The notes beneath the pieces are model-generated. The model made no database searches. It saw nothing but the letters and a program-made list of their open reading frames with translations, and was not told where the DNA came from. This document shows, one piece after another, positions 31,156 through 40,812 of a stretch of DNA of 64,000 bases (position 1 is the stretch's first letter; the number at the start of each line of letters is the position of its first letter). The DNA is taken from assembly GCA_963663765.2 (NCBI GenBank), contig CAXXUA010000011.1, positions 64,001 to 128,000 on the forward strand. Direction: 5' to 3'. The stretch comes from Candidatus Poribacteria bacterium (lineage in GTDB: Bacteria; Poribacteria; WGA-4E; WGA-3G). Both the position numbers and the translations under genes were made by a program.

Positions 31156-32028
31156 TTAACATTCAACATCTTTCCCATCACTTCCGTATACATCCATTCT
31201 TTCTTGTGTCGTGATGTCTGCTGCGCTTGCAGGTTTATAATGCAATTGTAGCGCCCGGCGACGTTGCGATGAATGATTGACAGGACTGCCGTGATGTAGC
31301 AATCCGTGCCAAAATAGACAACCTCCTGGTGGGAGCGTAACCATCGTATCGCGTGCAACGGGCACGTGTGTATCACATATTTGCCAATCTCTACGTTTGA
31401 AGTGAATCATCGGACCCTCGTTGTGAGACCCAGGAATGATATGCATACATCCATTCTCAGGTGTTGCTTCGTCCAATGCAATCCACACACCAACGATTGT
31501 CGTTTCCTTTTTGACATTGAAGTATGCACAGTCTTGGTGCCAAGGTTTCTCAGTGCCGTGGTGTGGAGGTTTGACCAACGCCATGTTTTGATATAAATGT
31601 GGTTTATCACTCATGATTTTTTCAAGGACTCCCAACATGCCAGAATGCGTAGCCATATATTTCAAACGTGGATCATATTCTATATAACCGTGTATTTTTC
31701 TTATCGCATCACGTCGCTCATCTGGATTCATTTCATCTTTGTATTTAACAAGTTTCGGTTCGAATTGAATACCTCGAAAATCTGGATTCTTCCCATCCAT
31801 CAGATATACCATGCCATCAATTGCATCCTGAATTTCCTTATTTGAGAACGCATCTTGTATAACAAGGTACCCGTTCTGATGAAAGTATTGGATTTCAGCA
31901 TTGGTTACTGCAGAGAAACCACCAGAGATGCTATCTGCGACCGTATCATATTGGTAAAGATATTCAGGGTACAGAATTGGTGTTTGTGATGGTGCCATTT
32001 CTTGAGCAGGACCTGTTTGTTGTTCCAT
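31156..32028 (-). CDS. phytanoyl-CoA dioxygenase (PhyH) family Fe(II)/2OG dioxygenase
   Basis: PWHQD, WIALD, NGCMHIIPGSH, HGS...RRA. Confidence 0.9.
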   Translation of the reverse strand: MEQQTGPAQEMAPSQTPILYPEYLYQYDTVADSISGGFSAVTNAEIQYFHQNGYLVIQDAFSNKEIQDAIDGMVYLMDGKNPDFRGIQFEPKLVKYKDEMNPDERRDAIRKIHGYIEYDPRLKYMATHSGMLGVLEKIMSDKPHLYQNMALVKPPHHGTEKPWHQDCAYFNVKKETTIVGVWIALDEATPENGCMHIIPGSHNEGPMIHFKRRDWQICDTHVPVARDTMVTLPPGGCLFWHGLLHHGSPVNHSSQRRRALQLHYKPASAADITTQERMDVYGSDGKDVEC

Positions 32029-32040
32029 AATAAAACTCCT

Positions 32041-33054
32041 TTATATATCACCTCGTCCTTCGCGTTCCAGTAATACTAAGAAATCACTCACACGATAGAT
32101 AGCTTCTTCGGCGCGTTGGCGTGCAGATTCGCTTTTTTCTTCTTCAGCTAACCACCGTTGACGTTGTGGAAGCCAATCAGTTTGTAGATAATTGAGTTGA
32201 TTCAGGAAATGTGGGTCTTCTGTTTCACTGACAAAATATTCAATAATACCAAGTAAACCGTATTTACGATTGATCTCCATATCCTCTAATTCTCCTACCA
32301 TTTGTGCAAAGAGTTGCTGGTTCCGATCCTGTCTGGCTTGTGCGACTTCACGCGACGATTCAGTCAGTAATTTATCAACAAACTCCTGCTTGGAATTAAT
32401 CCAACGTGGTAGATTTCTGACATATTCCTCTAAATTAAAATCCCCACGTTGCAGTGCAAAATATGCATGGATATGGATATTGCGGAAAAAGCCTGTATAA
32501 CCAACATTCGGATCCATTGTGTCAGCATCGTAAAGAATCTGGTTTTCTATACTACCATACAACAACTTAAAGTCTTCAGCAGTTAGATTTGTAGGCTTCA
32601 AGTGTGCTAATACAACAGAGGTGGCGGCTTCAACAAATGCAGTATCAAAATCGTACATTGCCAAAATGTTTTCTGTGATGACAGCACCAGATTCATGATG
32701 AACTTTTCCATGTAAATTGTGCTTATCATAAAGTTCGGTAACAATATTCTTTCCTGCAGGGGTGAGCATTTCATTAAGCCAGAATCCGTTGTGGTCAAAA
32801 ATTCGCTTTCCGTTATCATCGGTTAGTATAACACCGTCGTAACGTTTTGTGATGTCATGTAACGTTCCAGCGACTTCCAACAGTTTGACATCTCCACCTT
32901 CGCGTCTACCTAACTCCATGCTCATCGCTCTGACGCGCATCGTGTGGTTCCAAGTATAGTGTCGCCATTGGAAACCAACGCGGTTGTGTTCCCAAAGACC
33001 AAAAGTGTCGTTGACAAGGGTTTCCAATTCATTCAAGACTTTGGTGTAATTCAT
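32041..33054 (-). CDS. HD-domain protein
   Basis: HTMRV...LHDITK, HHESGA, YDADTMD. Confidence 0.8.
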   Translation of the reverse strand: MNYTKVLNELETLVNDTFGLWEHNRVGFQWRHYTWNHTMRVRAMSMELGRREGGDVKLLEVAGTLHDITKRYDGVILTDDNGKRIFDHNGFWLNEMLTPAGKNIVTELYDKHNLHGKVHHESGAVITENILAMYDFDTAFVEAATSVVLAHLKPTNLTAEDFKLLYGSIENQILYDADTMDPNVGYTGFFRNIHIHAYFALQRGDFNLEEYVRNLPRWINSKQEFVDKLLTESSREVAQARQDRNQQLFAQMVGELEDMEINRKYGLLGIIEYFVSETEDPHFLNQLNYLQTDWLPQRQRWLAEEEKSESARQRAEEAIYRVSDFLVLLEREGRGDI

Positions 33055-33068
33055 ATAAACCTCTTTTC

Positions 33069-33827
33069 TTATCTGGCATCGTATTTAACACGAATTAATG
33101 ACAACCCGTGAGCAGGTACAGATGGACCTGCCACTGATCTGTCCTTTTCTGACAATATTTTGTGGAATAGTACACATGCGTTTTCCGCATTGCATGACTC
33201 ATGTCTGAGACATTTTAATATTGTCCCGACAATAGCACGAACCATTCCACGTAAAAAAGAATCTGCTTCTATTTCAATGAAGACTTCATGATCGGTTTTC
33301 CAACAAATCGCTTCAAAAATCTCACATACAGGATTGTGCCGATCACTCCCGGTTTTCTGGAAAGAGGAAAAATCCATTTCACCAACAAGACAATTGCAAA
33401 TTGCACCGATTGAATTCACGTCAATATCGTTTGGATAGAAGTATGCCGTATGTCGAGTAAGTGCTGAAGGGTAATCTCGATTTAGTAGCGTATATCTATA
33501 TCTACGACTTGTAGCACTGAATCGTGCATGAAAATCAACTGACACCTCCGAAGCTGAAGAAACAACAATATCGTGTGGTAATAGAGTATTCAGTCCTTTT
33601 TTGTAAGCGATGATAGGAATTGTTACTTCCGTGTGGAAATTTGCTACCTGTCCTTCAGCGTGAACACCCGTATCAGTTCTCCCCGCACCAATAATATGTA
33701 CTGATGTTTTGGTTAATTGTGTGAGTGCTTCCTCAACTGTTCCCTGAATTGTCGGCATGTTAGGTTGTTTCTGCCATCCGTTGTAATTCGTCCCATCGTA
33801 TTCAAGTACAAGTTTGATGTTTCGCAT
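33069..33827 (-). CDS. truA: tRNA pseudouridine(38-40) synthase
   Basis: EYDGTNYNGWQ, AGRTDTGVHA, FHARFSA, FLRGMVRAIVG. Confidence 0.96.
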   Translation of the reverse strand: MRNIKLVLEYDGTNYNGWQKQPNMPTIQGTVEEALTQLTKTSVHIIGAGRTDTGVHAEGQVANFHTEVTIPIIAYKKGLNTLLPHDIVVSSASEVSVDFHARFSATSRRYRYTLLNRDYPSALTRHTAYFYPNDIDVNSIGAICNCLVGEMDFSSFQKTGSDRHNPVCEIFEAICWKTDHEVFIEIEADSFLRGMVRAIVGTILKCLRHESCNAENACVLFHKILSEKDRSVAGPSVPAHGLSLIRVKYDAR

Positions 33828-33912
33828 TATATCACGCTAATCTATAAAAACACATTGATAATTACAGATTATCATATACTGTATTTGGAAGTCAATGTAT
33901 TTTCAGTTGCGG

Positions 33913-35227
33913 GAGTGTGCAAAGTTTTTGCACAAACTGCTCATTCTCACTCATGGTAGGCGTGCTTTGTAAGCGCTCCCCCCACCTGTACTCCCCTGCA
34001 GGCGTGCTTTGTAAGCGGCCCCCCACCTGCACTCCCCTGCAGGCGTGCTTTGTAAGAGCGCCATCCTCGCCCCCTACCTGCACTCCCCTGCAGGCGTGCT
34101 TTGTAAGCGCGCCATCCTCGCCCCCCACCTGCACTCCCCTGCAGGCGTGCTTTGTAAGCGCGCCATCCTCGCCCCCCACCTGCACTCCCCTGCAGGCGTG
34201 CTTTGTAAGCGCGCCCCCACCTGCACTCCCCTGCAGGCGTGCTTTGTAAGCGCGCGCCCCACCTACACTCCCCTGCAGGCGTGCTTTGTAAGCGCGCCAT
34301 CCTCGCCCCCCACCTGCAGGCGTGCTTTGTAAGCGCGCCCCCCACCTGCACTCCCCTGCAGGCGTGCTTTGTAAGCGCGCCCCCCACCTGCACTCCCTGC
34401 AGGCGTGCTTTGTAAGCGCGCCCCCCACCTGCACTCCCTGCAGGCGTGCTTTGTAAGCGCGCCCCCACCTGCACTCCCCTGCAGGCGTGCTTTGTAAGCG
34501 CGCGCCCCACCTGCACTCCCCTGCAGGCGTGCTTTGTAAGCGCGCCATCCTCGCCCCCCACCTGCAGGCGTGCTTTGTAAGCGCGCGCCCCACCTGCACT
34601 CCCCTGCAGGCGTGCTTTGTAAGCGCGCCCCCCACCTGCACTCCCCTGCAGGCGTGCTTTGTAAGCGCGCCCCCACCTGCACTCCCTGCAGGCGTGCTTT
34701 GTAAGCGCCCCCCACCTGCACTCCCCTGCAGGCGTGCTTTGTAAGCGCGCCATCCTCGCCCCCCACCTGCAGGCGTGCTTTGTAAACGCACCCCATAAGC
34801 GTCAAATTAAGGATTTTGACCTCTTGTGGGAGGGGTTTTCAACCCCGATTTTACGCGCTTTTCCTCTCAAATCGGGGTTGAAAACCCCTCCCACAAGAGA
34901 AACACTAACACTTTTTTCTTAAATTGACGCCTATGGGGCGTGGTTGCCACGCCCGATCTACGCAAACTCAAAACAAAACGGGTAGGGGAACCCAACCCAT
35001 ACGTATTCAACTACCGATTGATTGTCAAACTTCATTAGGTGTCAATATAAAAAAATATTGTTAATATTAACCATATTCTTCAGTCCCGTAGGGACGATAT
35101 GTTTATTCTTCTATGTCGTTCCTATGGAACTCAAGAGAGGGTGATAACACCTATCTATAAACATTGCGTCCCTACGGGACTAAAGAGAACAATATTTTGT
35201 ACCTCTGTGCAAAAACTTTACACACCC
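33913..35227. mobile_element. composite element with IS256-like ends enclosing the REP array
   Basis: GAGTGTGCAAAGTTTTTG / CAAAAACTTTACACACCC, imperfect flanking repeat GTT(G/A)CGG; 34930-35227 is an inverted homolog of 21095-21450. Confidence 0.6.
33956..34794 (+). repeat. GC-rich tandem array of 20 REP-like hairpins
   Basis: Core GGCGTGCTT-TGT-AAGCGCGCC counted 20 times, period about 40-51 bp, non-unique linkers; the first unit starts with GTAG. Confidence 0.9.
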
Positions 35228-35454
35228 GTTACGGGAGTGTAATCCGTGATTCTGTCTGAACAAGGATTTTCCTGGTTCAGATTAAGAATGCGATAAAACC
35301 TCAAAATAAGCAAACCGATAGACCAACGCCTGTGATAAAATTTACTCCGAAAATCGAAATCTGATTTACCCTGAAGCCCTGTGGATATAACTTATTTTTT
35401 AGGAAAACACCCTATTATTAAATAGTAACATATAGACTAAAAGAAAAATAAAAT

Positions 35455-35483
35455 TTGACATTTATTATAAAATGTCGTATTAT
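35455..35483 (+). promoter_or_regulatory. sigma70-like promoter TTGACA-N17-TATTAT with overlapping palindrome
   Basis: Consensus -35, 17-nt spacer; GACATTT-N6-AAATGTC at 35457-35476. Confidence 0.55.
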
Positions 35484-35988
35484 AACTATTGTAGAGTTTA
35501 GAATTTATTGGATGATTGCTTCGTAGAATGCACCAGATCATGGGTTTATGAGGGAAAAAGTCGGTATTTCTGTGATTTACCTTCATCCTCCTATACATTA
35601 TTTCTCACACATGAGGATTTAATATTGATTAACCGATATATGGAAACAGCAAACCAAAAAGTGTACACGTAAAGTGAACACCTTTTGGTCCGATTTTTTC
35701 AGCAGGTATTATCTGCGTATTGGACTTGGTAGGTTTGTTTTAACTATAGTTAACTATAAGTTATTACCACCCCCCCCCTTCAATTCACATTCGTTAATAT
35801 TTATTATTTACAAAGTCTTCCCGCAAACATTCGGTTTGTGGTATTTTCGTGCCCGCACATTTCGTCGCGGGCTTTTGTTGTTGCATTGGAATTCATTTCA
35901 ATGCTTGTCATCCGTGTTGTGTTATATGCACAATACAGGATATTAACTAATAGTTTTATATTGATAATATATCACAAAGGACATACAA

Positions 35989-36354
35989 TTGATGATTAAA
36001 AGACCTTTAGAATTAATCCGCACCTATCAAGGTGAATGCTTACTCACTGTCATTGTTATGGTCACAATTTTCAGTTTTATGACGCTCTTCGGACATGGGT
36101 TATCTGATGCGCCTCTCTCAACCGAAGCCCCATCTGGTCTGATACCCATATTCAAGCCTGAGTGCATAACAAGACAGGACTGTGAAAAACCATACATAAT
36201 CTGTCCAAACAAAAGAATATCGTGTCCTCAGAAGGTAGACAAAATTGGTAACCATATTATTCCTGACCGGGGGATCATCAACCCCGCATTAACTGAACCT
36301 TGCCAACAAGACGCATTAAGTTCGCAAGGACACACACAAATAAGGAGGTATTGA
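35989..36354 (+). CDS. hypothetical small membrane/secreted protein
   Basis: AAAGGA RBS, one hydrophobic segment, Cys cluster; stop lies 1 nt before the next ATG. No family recognised. Confidence 0.4.
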   Translation: MMIKRPLELIRTYQGECLLTVIVMVTIFSFMTLFGHGLSDAPLSTEAPSGLIPIFKPECITRQDCEKPYIICPNKRISCPQKVDKIGNHIIPDRGIINPALTEPCQQDALSSQGHTQIRRY

Positions 36355-36355
36355 C

Positions 36356-37285
36356 ATGCCAAAACAATTACAGTGGGCAATAGGTGGACTCGCGCTACTT
36401 ATAATCGGTTTCGTTGCATTGCAAATATACTTACATGTAGACATGAAACAGTTCAAAGAGGAACTTGCCGACCCAGAACCTAAAACGGAGACGGAAACCG
36501 AACAACCCCCCGACCAGGTGCAAGTACCTGAAGTGGATATCAGACCGCCTCAGCCAGATGACGGACGTAAGTATGAGTGGCACGGAGATCATTGGCATGA
36601 AGTGCTTGAATTAGAAAACGAATCGTCTATTGATGCAGAACAATCTGTGCCTTTGGTACAGATTGGGTGGGAATATCATACCACACGACAAGGTACCCGT
36701 TATCTCAAGGATCCGGGCTGGTCAGATCACAGCGAAGCAAACATAACCCCAAAGGGGAATCCACTTATAATAGATTGGGGGAGAATGCCTGAAATCATTG
36801 GGATGGTTGATTGGTTTGATCCGTTGACTTGGGAATCCTACCGCAATTTCTGGGGCTTTGATTTTCCCTATATTGGAGAAAATGGTGTTCATCCTTACCG
36901 AGCTGTAGTCGATAACCACGGCACACCGCTACAAATGTTTCGAAATGTTGCTCTTGTGACGAATTATACAACGCGTACCGGATTTCGTCCGACCCCGGAG
37001 CAATTAGAACAATATAACGAGTTGCAAGACCTCTATAAAGGCGCGCTTATCTTGGGCGATTCCAGTACCGCCGAAGCACAAAAACAAAAGATTGATACGC
37101 TCGTTTCCTCCGCACAAGGTGAAATCCCCAATCCATATTCTTATTTTATAGAATTCTATGGTGATCCTGTTGGACCGGGACCTGACCCACCAGAAGTGCG
37201 AAGTAAACGGCAGGCAGATGCGATAAAGAATCTTTACAAACGATTGGAAATTCCGCATCTCTATGAGTTGTATGAACTCGAATAA
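36356..37285 (+). CDS. membrane-anchored protein with histidine-triad-like HGDHWH motif
   Basis: AAGGAGG RBS, N-terminal TM, Pro/Glu-rich linker, YEWHGDHWHE. Confidence 0.8.
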   Translation: MPKQLQWAIGGLALLIIGFVALQIYLHVDMKQFKEELADPEPKTETETEQPPDQVQVPEVDIRPPQPDDGRKYEWHGDHWHEVLELENESSIDAEQSVPLVQIGWEYHTTRQGTRYLKDPGWSDHSEANITPKGNPLIIDWGRMPEIIGMVDWFDPLTWESYRNFWGFDFPYIGENGVHPYRAVVDNHGTPLQMFRNVALVTNYTTRTGFRPTPEQLEQYNELQDLYKGALILGDSSTAEAQKQKIDTLVSSAQGEIPNPYSYFIEFYGDPVGPGPDPPEVRSKRQADAIKNLYKRLEIPHLYELYELE

Positions 37286-37339
37286 TTGTAGGCTGCACAG
37301 AAGCGCAGTCTCATTACATCTATAAAAGGGAATATAATA

Positions 37340-39070
37340 ATGCATTATACACATCAGAAATACCAAATTTTCTTTTTCTTCGTCCTATTTCTTACTTTTT
37401 TCTTGAACGTTAATAGTTACCCAGAGATCACGACAACTTCAGGTGTTGTCAATTTCAGTGATTCTTGGCTCAGTTCCGAACCACAGAATGGTGTTACCTA
37501 CACAGGGACACGGAATGTCATTCCACCTGCTCCGGGTTCCACAGCAACAAAGAAACTGATTTACGATGAAAGTTGGGATCCGCCGAATCCGAAGGAAGGG
37601 AAGGAAGGACCTGATGAGATTATCACCTACACGTTAACATCTCGTGTCACGGGTCAAGGCGTGATACTCATGTCAATAAGTGGACAAACGACGAAAAGCT
37701 ATGATGTCGGTAGTTTTCGTCCCCAAAATGTACAACCCACGTCTCTTACGGTTGAAACAAACCTTGAGGCATACCGTATAGAGAAGTATACGAACCTTCG
37801 CTCTTATGTAGGGTCGTATGTCCCATCTATTTACGACACGTGTTACCCTGTTGAAAACAAAGGATACGATACTGAGATTAAGGCAGGCACTGAAAACTTG
37901 AGTGCTTCTGGAATAGTTACATCTAAACAAATTACGGTTTCCTACGGCACCGAAACAGCATTGCAAAAGTATTTTACCGTTGGCGCTTCTTGGCCACCTG
38001 GTGGTGATGCAAGTTTCGGCGGTGGGAAATCAGAAACTTTAAAGTGGGGATGGACTTTAGATGATCATAGCGGCAACACTTCCACACCTGCAAGTCTTAA
38101 TGGTTCCTTTACGGTAGTACTAAACGACACAGATTTCCACAACAATTCTCCTTCTGGGGAAAATGTACAGCCTCCAGCTCCATGTGCAACTTGTCCTAAT
38201 TGTCAGAGATCTGTGCATACTGAAACCGATCACGTGAAACGCACTTGTCCACTTGATGGTACTCCTAAAGGCTGTGGTGAACCTATTTACGACTGCACAG
38301 ATGAAGAAGAGAAACTTCAGGATGCCTGGCACATGGTACGTACTTGCACGAATCCCGCTTCAATTACATATTTCCCACTTTGCGGTGATAAATTTAGACA
38401 TTGTAAAAATGGGAATTGTACGACCCGTGTTAGGTTTTGGAAAGGGCACTCTGATGGTAGCATCTCTCAAGCTACCGCTGGGGTTACCAACGGATACCCG
38501 GAAAGCCATGTTTTAGAAGATCCGCCCGACGATGATACTGAACTCGCTTCAGATACTTCACCCGATTGTGCCTCATGTACAAGTACAAGCGAGTGCTCAA
38601 CTTGTTCAAGTGATGGTGACGCGTCAGCATCTACCGATTGCGCCTCATGTACGAGTACGAGCGAGTGTTCTGCATGCGATACAACTGAGACATCAACTTC
38701 TGCAACGCCTACCGAGCCAGGTTTATATCCGCCATCGGATGATGACTCTACTATCACGATTTATGACGAATTGATGGTAGATTCTTACCCCGGGCAAGAA
38801 GATATCAGCGTGATTTTGGTGATGCCTTCCGGCAAAGGGTATTCTCAGATTTACTTGTATTTAGCTGACGCTAATGACACGGGGTATGGCAACCAGTTAG
38901 GCGATACGCTTCGCCCATCAAGTTCATCTCTTGTAACGGAAGTGTCGCTTGAGATTGACATACCCAATGATGTCTCGGGTGTGTGTACCATTACGGCGTA
39001 TATTCACCCGCATCCCAGTGCGTCGGATCAAACGTGTTATGAGTATAGTTTCAAAATTTACATATCCTAA
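37340..39070 (+). CDS. secreted Cys/His-rich multidomain hypothetical protein
   Basis: Hydrophobic signal (IFFFFVLFLTFFL), Ser/Thr-rich beta region, CxxC clusters, duplicated DCASCTSTSECS. Confidence 0.8.
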   Translation: MHYTHQKYQIFFFFVLFLTFFLNVNSYPEITTTSGVVNFSDSWLSSEPQNGVTYTGTRNVIPPAPGSTATKKLIYDESWDPPNPKEGKEGPDEIITYTLTSRVTGQGVILMSISGQTTKSYDVGSFRPQNVQPTSLTVETNLEAYRIEKYTNLRSYVGSYVPSIYDTCYPVENKGYDTEIKAGTENLSASGIVTSKQITVSYGTETALQKYFTVGASWPPGGDASFGGGKSETLKWGWTLDDHSGNTSTPASLNGSFTVVLNDTDFHNNSPSGENVQPPAPCATCPNCQRSVHTETDHVKRTCPLDGTPKGCGEPIYDCTDEEEKLQDAWHMVRTCTNPASITYFPLCGDKFRHCKNGNCTTRVRFWKGHSDGSISQATAGVTNGYPESHVLEDPPDDDTELASDTSPDCASCTSTSECSTCSSDGDASASTDCASCTSTSECSACDTTETSTSATPTEPGLYPPSDDDSTITIYDELMVDSYPGQEDISVILVMPSGKGYSQIYLYLADANDTGYGNQLGDTLRPSSSSLVTEVSLEIDIPNDVSGVCTITAYIHPHPSASDQTCYEYSFKIYIS

Positions 39071-39099
39071 ACACCTTAGGTTTTGAGAGACTTTATTAC

Positions 39100-39133
39100 A
39101 GGTAGGTATCCTTTTTGGGTATCTGCCTTTTTT
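39100..39133 (+). terminator. intrinsic terminator
   Basis: AGGTAGGTATCC-TTTTT-GGGTATCTGCCT followed by a T-run, 30 nt after the stop. Confidence 0.7.
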
Positions 39134-39264
39134 CTTCAGAATAAGTCGTTTTGGACTTGAAAAGTTGTCAAAAAGTGCGATAACTCCCTATTTATAGTGA
39201 ACTCTATCATTACTTACACACTTTTATAATTTCATCTTCGGTCTAAAACTGTGTCTTTAACTTA

Positions 39265-39864
39265 CAATACCTTCGCCAATAATATACATTCTGTCAGATT
39301 GTGCGGTCAGTTGTAGCACATTCTTCCAGATTGTGCGGTCAGTTGTAGCACATTCTTCCAGATTGTGCGGTCAGTTGTAGCACATTCTTCCAGATTGTGC
39401 GGTCAGTTGTAGCACATTCTTCCAGATTGTGCGGTCAGTTGTAGCACATTCTTCCAGATTGTGCGGTCAGTTGTAGCACATTCTTCCAGATTGTGCGGTC
39501 AGTTGTAGCACATTCTTCCAGATTGTGCGGTCAGTTGTAGCACATTCTTCCAGATTGTGCGGTCAGTTGTAGCACATTCTTCCAGATTGTGCGGTCAGTT
39601 GTAGCACATTCTTCCAGATTGTGCGGTCAGTTGTAGCACATTCTTCCAGATTGTGCGGTCAGTTGTAGCACATTCTTCCAGATTGTGCATATAAATTATT
39701 CTGTCAGATTCTATCGTCAAATTAGACGCTATGATAATTAAAAATACTTCAACGATAACCTGAAGTTATTTTTATTTATGTAATCCTAACAATATCACAG
39801 AGCAATGGTAGATCAACACTATATACTCATTCAACTGAAGCACTCAAAAATGGCGAAGGTATTG
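39265..39864. mobile_element. MITE with CAATACCTTCGCCA TIRs, expanded by an internal tandem repeat
   Basis: Perfect 14-bp TIR, TAACTTA direct repeat on both flanks; homolog at 44615-44890. Confidence 0.85.
39295..39688 (+). repeat. perfect 32-bp tandem repeat x12
   Basis: CAGATTGTGCGGTCAGTTGTAGCACATTCTTC, no spacers; a GTAG + GCACATTCT/AGATTGTGC hairpin forms across each unit junction. Confidence 0.95.
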
Positions 39865-40075
39865 TAACTTATGAAGGATATTTCATACTGATGCGTTGAT
39901 TTAGAGTTTGCATCTTTGGATAACATATAGATTTATCTTAACAATATATCACAAAGGAGATATACTGGTAACCATATTATTCCAGAACGGGGGATCATCA
40001 ATCCCGCATTAACCGAACCTTGCCAGCAAGACGTATTTAGTTCGCAAGGGGACACACAATTAAGGAATTATTGAC

Positions 40076-40795
40076 ATGACAAAGCAATTACAGTTGGCAT
40101 TAGGGGGACTCGTGCTACTTATAGTGGGTTTCGTGGCATTGCAAATATACTTGCATGTAGACATGAAAAACTTCAAGGAGGAACTTGCCGGCCCAGACCC
40201 CAAAACGGAAACCGAACAACCCCCCGAACAGGCGCAAGTGCCTGAAGTGGATAACAGACCACCACAGCCAGATGATGGACGTAAGTATGAGTGGCACGGG
40301 GATCATTGGCATGAAGTGCCGATGGCACAAAAAGAATCTATGCCGTTGCATGAAGGTTCCTTGACATTTCACGAGGAGCTGCTCAAAACAAATCCCGTGA
40401 AAGCACTTCGCCTGCAAGCAGAAGAACGCGGACATTGGAGCGCTAAATGGATACCGCCATTTCCACCTGACGATCAGGAAGCAGCTGAGATCGCCCGGGC
40501 GAGATATCGCCTTATCTAATATGAAACTATTGGAGATACAAACAATCCCGAATACAAAAAAGCAAATAGTGCAGCTTGGAGGCAGGCAGAGCCTAGGCAG
40601 AAGATAATAAGGGAGGCGTATACCGCAAACGATCATGATGCAATAGCGCGCATTTGTGATTTAATGAAGTTAATCTGGCCGCATTTTCCTGAATCAGACG
40701 TTCCTCCGCTTTATGAAAAAGGGTGGCGTACGTCACCTTCAGACTATTTTCCAGTGCACATTGAAGATTTGAAACTTCCACTTTCCACTCCATAA
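40076..40795 (+). pseudogene. paralog of the HGDHWH membrane protein with an internal stop
   Basis: First ~80 aa similar to the 36356 gene; TAA at 40517-40519, then the same frame stays open for 91 codons to TAA at 40793-40795. Confidence 0.7.
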
Positions 40796-40812
40796 TAAAA
40801 GGAGAAATTTTC

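Noticed and set aside
33956-34794. CRISPR array with palindromic repeats
   Set aside because: Linkers are re-used modules rather than unique spacers; no cas genes.
33892-34922. Long ORFs (299, 268, 180 aa and others) over the GC-rich repeat
   Set aside because: Open in several frames only because the repeat lacks stops; unit lengths are not consistently multiples of three.
35800-35880. Known riboswitch
   Set aside because: Hairpins are present but I cannot match a riboswitch consensus; kept only as a possible attenuator.
39295-39688. CRISPR array (32-bp repeat)
   Set aside because: Units are head-to-tail with no spacers, lie inside a TIR/TSD-bounded element, and no cas genes are present.
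40517-40519. Stop-codon recoding or alternative genetic code
   Set aside because: TAA, TAG and TGA all terminate conserved genes in this window; a nonsense mutation is simpler.
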